A stretch of DNA of 64,000 nucleotides from Minutocellus sp. GHC0000111 (GCA_977018835.1 OZ361256.1:5332001-5396000), one strand, 5' to 3'; shown: positions 24,642-35,854, counted from the stretch's first letter. Numbers and translations: made by a program. Notes: a model not told the origin generated them from the sequence alone.

Positions 24642-25157
24642 ATTAGTTGCTTCTGTTCCATTCGATGTGCAAGTTCTCGTTTATCTTTGCCGGAGAGAGA
24701 GCAGAGGAGGTTGCATCTATCGTATCGATCGGCCTGGCTGATGCGATGAGCCGAGCGAGCGGCCGAGCCAGTGACGTTCGATCCTGACGACGAAAAGACC
24801 TGGCTGAGAAGTGCGTAGCACGTGCTCGTGTTTCCCCTGCGTGCGTCGAGGATGCCGCGGCCGCGCGCGCGGCGGCGGCAAACAAAATTCGAAAATTTGG
24901 CGCCACTCGGCCCGCGCTGTGTGAGATGCGGCGGTAATTGTTGCTGCTGCTGTCAACAAGCACCTAGGTGAGCTCTTTTGACAACCGGTCTTGATCGTGC
25001 TCGTCTTCGATCTGCCCCCTTGACACCCACGTCGACATCTTTTCATGTTGTCAGCGCCAGTCGTCTCTTGCACAGCTTGCTAGCACGTTGTCCCCGTCAT
25101 TCTTGCTTCCAGTCCAAACATCCTAACACATCACATCGACATCGACACATCGACACC

Positions 25158-25775
25158 ACGACTCGCCTGTTCACCTTCGTTGTCGTCGTCGCTCTTCTTG
25201 GCGCGACGAACCTTCCCACCACTCAAGCCAAGATCGACTGTGAGTCCATGGCCAAGACTAACCTCAACGAAGCCAAGAGTCTTGCCCGCAACGCCGCCGA
25301 CGAGGCCACTCAAAAGGCCAACGCCAAGGCCGCCGAAGCCAAGGCGCTCCTTGAGGAGTCGCCTGCCAAGGCCAAGGACGTCGCCAACAAGAGCGTGGCG
25401 GCCGCCAAGGAGTTGGCCTCCAAGGCCAAGACCGAGGCCTTGCAGGTCCAAAAGGGTGCTGCCAAACATGCCGCCGAGCTGCAGAAGGAGGCCAAGGAAC
25501 AGGCCGACGCTCTCCTGCGCGACTCCAAGAGTCTCGACGCCGACTCCCTCGAGGCGGCCAAGAAGAAGGCTGCGCAGCTCAAGGATCGCGCCAAGGTCAA
25601 GGCGTCGGCCCTGATGGACGATGCCAAGGTCAAGGCCGCATCTCTCAAGGAGGATGCCAAGAGCGCCGTGGCGAACGCCAAGCGGGAACTCAAGGACTCG
25701 TCCTCGGGTGGAGGAGGGTTTGGTGGGACCTTTGACAAGTTCAAGGGCCTGTTTGATGCTGGAAGAGAGCTGTGG
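25158..25775 (+). pseudogene. LEA-like Ala/Lys helical-repeat protein with signal peptide; start and stop appear mutated
   Basis: AK-rich helical repeats. Signal-like TRLFTFVVVVALLGA is preceded by ACG. ...GREL is followed by TGG and then UTR-like sequence. Confidence 0.6.
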
Positions 25776-26458
25776 ACAAGACAACTAGATGCGACAGGGA
25801 GCAGATCACACGTGCAACACATGTGTGCAGACTTGAAAATCCGGATGACCACTAAATGAGAGAGAGAAGATGTGTGCGCTGCCTGGCTGCATCTTTGTGG
25901 CAACTTGCGTGCCAAGAAACAACAACAACAAACTGCTAATAGATCTAATTGACTAAAAGATTGCAAACAGAGCAAAAGGACAAAGCGTCACATGACGCAA
26001 TGGAAAAATTAACTCATGGATGGATTGCTCAGAAGAGTGCCATGTTTGCCCATGTTCCCTTTATTGAACTCTTGAAACATGTGGGTGACGGCAACGAAGA
26101 TTAAAGATGGGATCCAATGCAGCCACGAACACGCCAATTCGTTTTTACATCACCGAAGTGAAAGCAGTGCTGGCAGAGGGGGATTTGCAGATTGAAAAGA
26201 GACATTGCTAAAACAGCGCATGATTTACAAATAGGTGTGCTATCAAGCATTCACTAGTCACTCAATGCGTTTAACTGGTGCATGCATTGGTTGGCTTGGA
26301 GCACTTTGTCATGCAGCAATGCGTTGCAATTTATGGGCATTTTGTCAGTGGTCGTTGGAGAGCAAATCGAGTCCTTTTCCTTCTTTTTCTCTCCTTCTCT
26401 CTTTTCTCTTTTGCGAAATCAAAAATTGACCCCCCGCGCCGCACGAAAACATGTTCGA

Positions 26459-26637
26459 ACTCTGCGCGCATTGCAGTTTTTTTGCTTGCCGTGGCCGCAC
26501 GGGGGCCGTGTTATGAAGAGAGGAGGTCCCCTCACAAGAGTCCTAGTCTCAAGGCAAAGTTAGAGATCTGTTTGTGGACGCACGGCGGGAGGACTCTTAA
26601 CAATGGGGCGCGCCTGCACTTTGTGCACGGCACCGCA
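26459..26637 (+). repeat. ~180-bp dispersed repeat, copy 2 (TA-depleted)
   Basis: Inverted copy of 15069-15248. Confidence 0.85.
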
Positions 26638-26688
26638 CGGCTGCGGCGAGGAAAAACCCTGCGTTGCGCGCAGCAGAGAATGTGCCGC

Positions 26689-26756
26689 GATGATGCATCG
26701 AACACAGCACCTCCCTCCGCTGATTCTCCCAACTCTATGCAACTTAGTAGAACATG
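26689..26756. repeat. Split direct repeat B2
   Basis: Direct copy of 27010-27080. Confidence 0.9.
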
Positions 26757-26772
26757 GCGGTTTGAGGGAATT

Positions 26773-27009
26773 TAAAACTAACTAACTGCTGAGAGAGAGA
26801 GAGACAGGCTCTGGGAGCCGGCACTGCAAGCTCTGACTTAGCAATTGCAACGGCAGCAATCGCAGATGGTTGGTTGTGGCTTGGTCAGTTGAGACGAGAG
26901 GAGGCGAAGGTGGTGGTCAGCAGAAAAACTGGGCACTGCAGGAATGCAGTTTTAGTGCCTGCTGCTAACCACCGTCGCCAGCTCATCCCCACCGTGCGGT
27001 GCCCACAAC
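26773..27009. repeat. Split direct repeat A2
   Basis: Direct copy of 33625-33853 with 5 substitutions and short indels. Confidence 0.95.
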
Positions 27010-27080
27010 GATGACGCATCGAACACAGTGCTGCCTCCCTCCGCTGATTCTCCCAACTCTGTGCAACTTAGCAGAACATG
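27010..27080. repeat. Split direct repeat B1
   Basis: Abuts A2, reproducing the circle-junction sequence. Confidence 0.9.
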
Positions 27081-28487
27081 AAATGCAGTTTAACTACGTG
27101 AACTGGAGCTGGCATTGGCGGTAAATGAAACTTCTTAGAGGGTGAGGTCCCTCTCCCCCTCCTCCTTTCCGCAGCACAGATCGGCCAACAATGTGTGTCG
27201 TGCTTAGGTGAACAGGGCGAAGGGGGGCATTGGAGTCCCCCGAAGCCGGCATTTCGGCCAATGCTGTTGATGCCGGCGGAGGATTGGCGGCAATTTGGGG
27301 TCCTTGGGTCTTCGCGATGGCTCGTCGAGTGTGCGTGGGGCACGTTGAAGAAGGAACCTCGTTGGATCATGCGTGTGGAGACTCCGGATGTAAATTCTTG
27401 GACCTGGCGACGGATGTGCTTGAGGAAGGCGTCACTGGACCACCGCCCTGCCAGCATGGTTGTGTGCGTGGGAACATCATCATTTAGTTGCATTGCCATT
27501 GCTGCTCCGCTGCGAATGGAGCGTGATCCGAATTCAGAGGGATGGCAGCCCAGGACGTCCTCTCCAATCACTGTGGCCGACGCTCGGATCTTGTCAACTG
27601 TTCGGGTGGCAGGAATGTGTTTTAACACGCCGTTGACCACGAAGGCATTTGCCGGCGTGTCGCTGTTGGTGCTAGGGCACCCTAGGACTCGTTTCACCAG
27701 GGCAGCCCAAGCTCGAACTGGGCAGAGGGTGGTGTCGTGGGTGCAGTGTTGCGCAATTGTGACGTCACGCTCGTCGTTCTTCTGGAACTCAAAGGTGACG
27801 GAGACAGAGTCTGCTGAGAGGAGGGACCGGTCGTTGTGACACATGCGCCGTCGGCCGCGGCAGAACTGGATGTTGCGGAGGCGGAGCAGCTTGGTCCTGC
27901 GCTCACCGCTGCCTCTGGAGCATTCGCAAGACCTCATCGCGAAGAAGAAGGCGCCGACGGCTAGTTGCCCGACTGCACGGTCCTCTTCCGTTTCCCTGAC
28001 GGAGGCGATCTCTCGGAGGAGCCGGCAGGTGATCGCCTTCTCCGGCCGCTCGGCCGGCCGGGTCGGACTGGCTGTGTCCTCGGAACTGCCGCTGTAGAAG
28101 GAATGAAGGCTGGCCGATGTCGTCTTTCCCTGGGTCCCTGCGCTGGTTGTGCCGGAAGGACGAGCATGCACATGAGACGGCATCTCGGACTGTCGACGCA
28201 GCCAGTCGCGAAAACTTTGGCCCCGAAAAGCTGGCCTGTCGGACGGCGTGGGCAAAGGCGCCGAGAATGACTGTTCGGTCTCGGGGTGATGCCTTGTCGA
28301 GGAAGACGTCGTCCCCGGTCCCGATGAGCTGCAGGAACTCAGTCCAGCGGCTCCACGCGAGAGCGTGCTTCTCGGCAGTGGCCGTTGTAACTGCTTCCTG
28401 ACGGGCAGCGTCCGCGCCTGCGAGACAATCCAGGAAGCAATCTCGTTGGGCAGTGGTGCAATCCTGAAGTTTGAGGGAAGCTGACAT
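27068..28487 (-). pseudogene. Tyrosine recombinase; frameshift near 28055; catalytic Tyr replaced by His
   Basis: AFFFAMRSCE, FEFQKND, LCPVRAW, SIRSGAAMA, GRWSSDAFLK(H)IR. Confidence 0.9.
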
Positions 28488-30270
28488 TCGGGAGATGACA
28501 GAAGCAATTTCGTGAGGTCAGCATCAGAGAGATCGGTGTCACGAGAAAGAGAATCGGCCTCCGGATTGCGCTTCCCCTGGAACCGGATGAGGACCATCCG
28601 CCGATGCCGTGCTCGCAGGCGTCACTTATGTGCTCGTGGGTGGGGCAACGGCACGTGAGGAGGTTCATGCTCATGCCATCGGCGGCCCTTCGGAGGAAGC
28701 GGAGCCACAGGTTGAGGTCTTCTGCATCCTCAGAGTCGAACCGTTGGCGGCCGTGGCGGCGGGCCTTCCAGAGCCGATCCCGAAGGCGGCTGAGGAAGTG
28801 TCGTGCGGCTGGAGTGATGTGTCCGACGTGGTTTAGCCTTCCGACCAAGGTGTCCAGCTCTGATCTGGTGGCGCCGCGGGCTCTGAGGAGCCGAAGCATG
28901 TCATCATCGCGCCAGGCCAGGTGCTTGCTCCAAGGGAGCCTCAGCAGGAGCCGCCGGGTGTCAGCATCCCACCCCAAGAGACACAGCACTTCGGAAGGCG
29001 TCCCCTCGGCGAGCAGCTTCTTGATGGAGGCAAGGTCATCTCTGGGCAGTGGCTCGCTGTCGGACACCGGTCGGCCAAGCGCGTGGATGGCGAGGAGGGT
29101 GGCAGCGGACATCCGATCCTTGTTGTCGCCCAGGTCAGGGGCTGCGGCGATGAGGTCATCGATGTGCGGCTCGACGATGCCATCCTTGTTGTCGGGAAGG
29201 GTTACGATCATGTCCAGGGCCGGCGCGAACGGCACATCGTCGCCCTCCACCTTGGGGCGACCCAAGTGCTTCTGCTGGGGGCCATGGAGCTCTGACGGGT
29301 CCCAGTCCGAGCATTGCAGGAGGGCCCTGGCCAGGTCGGCCGCCGATTCGGACATGTTGCACCATTCGCTCGGGCAAGGGCGGCCGCCGAAAGTCAGCCG
29401 GAGGGACATGAGGGCAATGCCATCCAGGGTGGTGATCGTTTTGACGGCCGTGCTGGGAGCCAAGTGGGCCCGGCGATGCGCAGCCTTGAAATCAACCTTC
29501 TGCAGGAGGATGGGAGCACGGGGATGCTTGTGACGGGCGTCTGCGATGTAGTGGATCACTCGCCGGAGGGCATGGCCGAACACCACTGGCTGGTGGTCCT
29601 CCATGCGCACTCTGTTGTTGACGGACCGTGCGGCACCGATCTCGAAGGATTGGTCGTGAGTCAGGCGGTCCTTGGGCATGATCTCGCCAGAGCCTCGCTG
29701 ATCGTGTTCTGTGCTACCAAACCCATCGGAGCCACCTCCGCTCCAGGAATGAGGGGCGCGACCTTTGCTGGCAGAGGGAGGGCGAAACCGCGGGTCACGT
29801 CGTCGAGAACTTGGTCCTTGAGTGCCTCCGGCCTGTCCCTGGCCGATTTGTGGTTGCCTCGGCCGATGTTCTTTATCACGCTGTCCAGTCTGCTTTCGTC
29901 GCTCACCGGATCGAGGGCCCAGTCGGATCCACTGTCGAGAATGGATGGAGCGGAAGTGGGGCCACAGCGGGTGCCGGCCAAGAATCGGCTCCAGAAGACT
30001 CAGGTCTCTGAACTCCGATCCCGGTTGGAGTGGCGACCCGCCCTGCGCCTCGAGTGCCCTGCTCAGAGAACGATCGTGTTTCTTGAGGACCGACCAATTG
30101 TGAGCGGCGGCCTCCGTCAAGAGCTCAAATCTGAACTCCGTGGGCTTCGGTGTGGCCGACGGGGACTCGACTGCTCGTCGGACGCACTGTGCCAAGGTGG
30201 AAACATCGAAGATGGGCTCTAGTTCCCACGTGGAATTGCACAAGGCGAGGAAAAGGTGAGACATGCACAT
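28480..30270 (-). pseudogene. Reverse transcriptase / RNase H; frameshifts; RNase H core deleted near 28590
   Basis: KDRLTHDQSF, KVDFKAA(H)RR, LRLTFGGRPCP, (H)IDD, LLGW. SDACEHGIGG is joined directly to GKRNPEADSLSR. Confidence 0.9.
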
Positions 30271-30874
30271 GCTGCACGTTCACGAGCATGCGGGTCTGTC
30301 CGACCGTGGTGGGCCCATTGTGGGCGCTGGGCTGCCCCGTTTGTTGTAGGTGTTTCTTCACCTGTTGGTCTCACTTACCATTTTGGCGCATCGGTTCTGC
30401 TTCCTTGCTGTGCGCAGGGGAACCAGGGGGAGACTGTGCTTCGGGTTGGGGCTGCTTGCCTAGGAGATCCTTCTCTCGCTGGCCTAGCCGGTCGAAGAGG
30501 TTGTCGGTGGCTTCCGCACCGCCAGCGTTAGTGGTGCTGGAGCCAGAGCCTGAGATGCTGTTGTCGGCGCAGGCATCACCGCTGGTGTTAGGGGGACCAG
30601 GACCCGACCGAAGGTCACTGCTAACGCCTCGGCCTTCTGCTCCGGTGTTAGGGGCACCGGAGAGCCTGGATTGGTTGCTGATGTCGTTGCGACCGCACAC
30701 GCCGGATTTTGGGGCACCGGATGACCTTGGGCGGCTGGAGCCACCGGGGCGGATCGACGCCGACGCATCTGGCTGCACTCGACGGCGCTTGGAGGGACGA
30801 GCTCGGCCGGCTGGCCGAGATGTTTCTCCAGCATCCTCCGAGGGTGGGCCACGCCTCCGTGCCCACCCGATCCG

Positions 30875-33616
30875 TCATTCCTCCGCCTCCTCGTGCTTCC
30901 GATCGCGTTTCTCGACGTGCTGCTCGACGGGTCCTCTCTCCGATGCCTTAAGAGGCCTCTTGACATGCGACTTCTTGAGCTCACTCGAGGATCCGGCGCC
31001 GCAGACACCTGTCAGGATGAATGGAGGGCAGAGTTTACAGCCATTAATTTCAGGTCTGTCCTCACAGGGCTCGGATTTCTTGCCATGCCGTTTTGCAAAG
31101 TTGCCGGGGTTGATGTCGAACGTGATGAAGTGTTCGCACTGGTGGGCTCTGCCGCTGGCGCCGCCCGTCTTTTGCTTCTTTTTCGGACTGGTTCTTGGCT
31201 CTGATTTGTCGGAGTCGGAATCCGAGGAAGGGGTGGGAGCGTCGGCCGATTGGACGAGCTTGATGTGGCTGGGGTAGACGAAAGGATTCTGAGTCTTCAT
31301 TGTCTTTTTGGACTCGTCGGCCATTGAGAAGCAAGAGAGGTCGTTGCCGGCGTCGTCGGGGGAACGGAGACAAGCTTTCCAGAGTGCATGCATGGATAGA
31401 GGCGTCGACATTGTGGAACATCGCCAGCCAGAACTTCTCGCCATGGCTCTCGGCGATGTCGCGGTGCTGGTCCTCGTGTGTCTTCATGTGACTGAGGACC
31501 CTGGCGACGCAGCGAGCGGGCTCGGAATCCTCTCCGGCAAGGAAGGAAATGCCAGCGCCGAAGGCCGAGATGAGACGTTTGGCACCGTCGTGCTCGGTTG
31601 GGGACCGGTAGTTCTGCTTCAGAAGAGCCTTCACCTGAGTCGAGGTGTGTCCTTTCTTTTGAGAGGCGGCGAGGCACAGGGGCGCATTGCTGCTGCTGGA
31701 GTTTACCGGGCCAAAGGCGAAGACAGAGAAGCCATCGCAGATTTTCTTGTCGCTCTTCCCGAAGCCAAAGAGGCGGACGTAAGTGAGGCCCTGGAGAGAT
31801 GTCCTGACTCCGGTCTTGCCCTTTACATGCAGCTCGAGGCCGACGGCTGCTTGCGTGAGGTTTGACTCTTCCAGCAGTGCTTTCAATCCTTCGGGAAGAT
31901 TCGAGTCGATCGCTGCTGCATCATCGTCATGCTCGGTCGAGACCCGGCAGAAAGCGGCACAGGCCTTGAGGATGGCGCCATTCATCGAGTGCTTCTTGTC
32001 GACCTTGTCAGTGCAGGCCATGACTGCGCCGGTGAGGGAGGATGCTTTGGACGCGGCCCTAGTCATGGCGTTGGCCGCGGCAGCAACTGCAGAGTCGGTC
32101 GGGGCGCCACCGGCTGGTGGTCCGTCGCCACTGGCGCCAGTGATGCACCGAGCGTGCATCTCACGGGCGCATGTCTTGAGAGCCGGTGACATCTCGCAGG
32201 CGGATAGGTGCCTCGAGATCGTCGGGGCGCCGGTGAATTGATGCTCTTGGCCAGACGCGGCAGTGGGTGCCCTCCCAGCGATTTGGATCGGCCGTGTCGT
32301 CTAGCCACCTCGGATAGACTCGATGGCAGGTGCCTACCCAGCGGTGTGAGGGGGACGCCGTTAGGTCTGCCAGCCTTCCCCAGCATTCGTACGGGTTGAC
32401 CTCCACTCGGTGTCCAAGAGGATTGCTGTCAGGCCGAGTGTGTCGGAGTCGAGCGCTGGTGAGGCTCTCGAATCCACTGTCCCAGTTGATAACAGCTTCA
32501 GTGAGTTGGTCCGGTCGTAGGTGCTGCCGTCTCTGGAACGGGTGCGGCGAATCCAGCGGGAACTGGGTGATCAGGGCGAAAGGGCCGATGAGATCTCCTC
32601 GCTCCAATCAATGCCACACTGACGCCAGCCCGCTCGGATCGGTCGTGTGCGTCACGTGGGTAGAAGAGTGGCCTTACCTCCCACTCGAAATAAGTGAGCG
32701 GCAGCGTTGGTGGAAGCTCGCTCCCCCGTGAACCTGTGCAAGCGCACGGTGTCGGCTCTAGAGGTCTGCCCTCTCTGGCCGCGATGCGCCGTCTTTCTTT
32801 TCGGTCGGCCTGGTAGTGGAGGATGCACTGCGTGAGCCGGCAGAGCTGGGGCCAGATGCAATGGTGTTGCCGCGCTGCTGCTACCGATGCCTCCGGACAC
32901 CTTCGCCCCCGATGCTGTTGAACCACGACGCCTCCGTCTGCCCGTGGTAGTCGGCACAGTGCACTGCTCAGGTCCAACTCAGTTGCCGTCTCGTGTGCCC
33001 GGCGGATCTCAGGCTCGGTAAGGCGCGTGGCTATCAGCCAGATGTTGACGAGGTACGTGGGCCAGTCCGGTGACACCAAGAAGGCTTGTTGCTCGAGGTA
33101 CTCGGCGACCAGACCGTGCGCTACTGGAGCAAGGTGTGAAACGGCTGCTGCTGGGGATGGCTGGCACCCCGTGGCTCTCGATGGGAGGTAGCAGCCTGTG
33201 GCGCGCTCGACGAGATCGGTGAGGCACTCGGTAACGTCGATTCGGCCCTCGGCAAAACTTTTCCACCAATCCAGTGCGTCTGTGGTCAGTCTCTCGGACG
33301 ACGCCCTGGCTGTGAAGAAACTTCTGCGCCCGGGCCGAATCTGACGTCTGAGTCTGTCCCAGCCTCGTGGAAGGTCAGGAGAGTCTCCTCTCGGACGATG
33401 AGGTCTCTTGCCACTCCGAACAACACGTGATCCAGTTCCGGTCGATCTGGTTCGGCCATGCACTGTTCTGCCGTCGCAGAGACTGGTATCGGATCTACGT
33501 GCACTATCAACGGAGCTGAGCCGTGGCCGTTTGACTCCGGAGTCGACTGCGGTCTCTGGACTAACAGCAGTGGTGGTGTGTCGGCCAACAATTACGAACT
33601 CGTAGAGTAGCACCAA
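30875..33616 (-). pseudogene. gag-like ORF1 region, fragmented by frameshifts
   Basis: Chain of overlapping minus-strand ORFs between A1 and RT, ending in a Cys cluster (CKLCPPFILTGVC). Assigned mainly by position. Confidence 0.6.
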
Positions 33617-33624
33617 CCTAATGC

Positions 33625-33853
33625 TAAAACTAACTAACTACTGAGAGAGAGAGACAGGCTCTGGGAGCCGGTACTGTAAGCTGACTTAGCAATTGCAACG
33701 GCAGCAATCGCAGATGGTTGTGGCTTGGTCAGTTGAGACGAGAGGAGGCGAAGGTGGTGGTCAGCAGAAAAACTGGGCACTACAGGAATGCAGTTTTAGT
33801 GCCTGCTGCTAACCACCGTCGCCAGCTCATCCCCACCGTGCGGTACCCACAAC
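33625..33853. repeat. Split direct repeat A1 (5' end of the element)
   Basis: Direct copy of 26773-27009 that retains its TA sites. Confidence 0.95.
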
Positions 33854-33943
33854 CACGCCAGCCAGGCGTCTCGATCGGCGCGTGATCGGCGCGCGGGCGG
33901 CGGCGGCGGCGGCATCGCATCGGTACTTGATACATCACGAACC

Positions 33944-35659
33944 ATGATGAGCATGGCCACTAAGGACAAGGTAACGACGGTGTGCTGCCCTGGCAAGGTA
34001 CTAGTCGCTGGTGGCTACCTGGTCCTGGAACAACCAAATGCTGGTATTGTCCTTGGCTCGGACGGCGAGGGGGGTTCATCACGCTTCTTTTCCTCCATCA
34101 CATGCCTTCAAAATACCAATGATGCCGATGTTGATGGCATAAGTACCGCCAACGCCGATGGCGTTCCAACCTACACGCGGCAGCGTCTCGACGTGCACAG
34201 CCCTCAGTTCGACACTGTCTTTTGCTACTGGTGTGACTATGCAACCAGTAATGCTAGGTCCGCCGACGGTGGTATCTTGCTCAAACTAAGTTCGAGGAAT
34301 CCTGAGAAGCACCGACCAAATCCATTTGTTGAAAAGGCTCTGGCCCTGACGCTGTCGTACATTCAGTGCACTTTGGGCATCGATAAATTCGCTGAAACAA
34401 TGCTGGGGGCGACGGGTGGTGGTGCCAAAATTCTCAGCGTCAAGTTACGAGCTGGCAATGACTTCTACTCTCCACTCGCTCACCTGAAAGATCGGAAGTT
34501 GAATGCGACTCCGAACAATGTTGCGTCTTTGCCTCAATTCTTAGCCTGTCCCAAAATGAAAGATGAAACAAGTGGGGAGGAGGAAGTCGTAGTCAATAAG
34601 ACTGGCATGGGCAGTAGCGCCGCCCTTGTTACCAGTGTCGTGGGAGCCGTCCTATCCTACTTTGACATAGTGACTCTGCCATCTTCATCACAGCCACATG
34701 GGACTGAAAGTACCAATCAAGGATCTACCATCGTCCATAACTTGGCTCAGATATGTCATTGTTCAGCGCAAGGCAAGGTCGGGTCGGGATTTGATGTCTC
34801 GGCGGCCGTGTATGGTTCCCACATTTACCGCCGATTCAGCAAGTCAATCCTCTCCGAGCTTTTGAATGATATTGAAATTTCTAATTCAGACCATGACAAT
34901 AAATGTTTTGGTATTTCGGCCAGTGTTGCGAAAGAACTGACCCGGATTTCCGACGATAAAGACCATTGTATATGGGATGCAAAAATGACACCACTGCATT
35001 TGCCACCCGGTCTGGAATTGCTGATGGCGGACGTTTGTGGGGGAAGCGAGTCGCCATCTATGGCGAGAAAGGTTCTTGCATGGAAGAAGGAGATCGAGGG
35101 CGACGACAATCCATGGGAGAAGCTGAAGGCCATCAATTTGAACCTCGAAGAATTATTTCGCGGTGAATTCTGCGAACCTGCATTTCTAGAATTCTTGCGC
35201 CTAAATGCCGTGGTTTTATCGAAGATCCCAGCCAGCAAATGGGCGACGAGTAACGAAGTGACCGATGGGCGGAAGAACCATGTCGCCACACTGGTCAAGG
35301 CACGTGATCTCTTTTTGCAATCAAGGGAGCAACTCAAGGCAATGGGAGAAGCAGCTAGTGTTCCCATTGAACCGTCTGGTCAGACAACCCTTGCGGATGC
35401 AACTATGGCCCTTCCGGGAGTTATCGCAGCCGGCGTACCAGGCGCTGGAGGTTATGACGCCCTGTTTGTTCTCTACGCCAAAGGCAAAGATATAGATGAC
35501 TGTGGCCGAAGCGATGAAACCCGAGAGCGCATTGGAGCGTTATGGAGGAGTTGGGCTAGTTTGCATCCCGGTGGTGACGTAGAGGTCGTTTGTCCCCTCG
35601 CAGTACGATGCGCCGGCAGCGAAGGTAACGGTATATGGACTAGTGATTTGGGGTGGTAG
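33944..35659 (+). CDS. PMK: Phosphomevalonate kinase (ERG8/plant type, GHMP family)
   Basis: PGKVLVAGGYLVL, KTGMGSSAAL, HCSAQGKVGSGFDVSAA, GVPGAGGYDA. Confidence 0.95.
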   Translation: MMSMATKDKVTTVCCPGKVLVAGGYLVLEQPNAGIVLGSDGEGGSSRFFSSITCLQNTNDADVDGISTANADGVPTYTRQRLDVHSPQFDTVFCYWCDYATSNARSADGGILLKLSSRNPEKHRPNPFVEKALALTLSYIQCTLGIDKFAETMLGATGGGAKILSVKLRAGNDFYSPLAHLKDRKLNATPNNVASLPQFLACPKMKDETSGEEEVVVNKTGMGSSAALVTSVVGAVLSYFDIVTLPSSSQPHGTESTNQGSTIVHNLAQICHCSAQGKVGSGFDVSAAVYGSHIYRRFSKSILSELLNDIEISNSDHDNKCFGISASVAKELTRISDDKDHCIWDAKMTPLHLPPGLELLMADVCGGSESPSMARKVLAWKKEIEGDDNPWEKLKAINLNLEELFRGEFCEPAFLEFLRLNAVVLSKIPASKWATSNEVTDGRKNHVATLVKARDLFLQSREQLKAMGEAASVPIEPSGQTTLADATMALPGVIAAGVPGAGGYDALFVLYAKGKDIDDCGRSDETRERIGALWRSWASLHPGGDVEVVCPLAVRCAGSEGNGIWTSDLGW

Positions 35660-35854
35660 GCAAGAAGGAGACTCTACTGGCAAGTAATACATTTGACTAT
35701 AAAATAATAATGTTAACACACAAGGCGAGAATAGATATCATTGAAGCCAAGCATATGAAACATGTGTGTATTCATCGTCCAAAATCGCCAAGAGGCTGAA
35801 TGGTTTGGGGTGAGAGTGATTGAATTTTATACATATGAAACCTTGGGGCAATGC

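Larger units (their letters stand above)
26689..33853 (-). mobile_element. Tyrosine-recombinase retrotransposon (DIRS order) with Ngaro/PAT-type split direct repeats A1...B1-A2-B2; inactivated
   Basis: gag-like, RT/RNase H and YR coding regions. A1 33625-33853, B1 27010-27080, A2 26773-27009, B2 26689-26756. No TSD. Confidence 0.92.

Noticed and set aside
26773..33853. A repeats interpreted as LTRs of a Gypsy/Copia element
   Set aside because: No TG...CA ends, TSD or integrase; a YR and B repeats are present instead.
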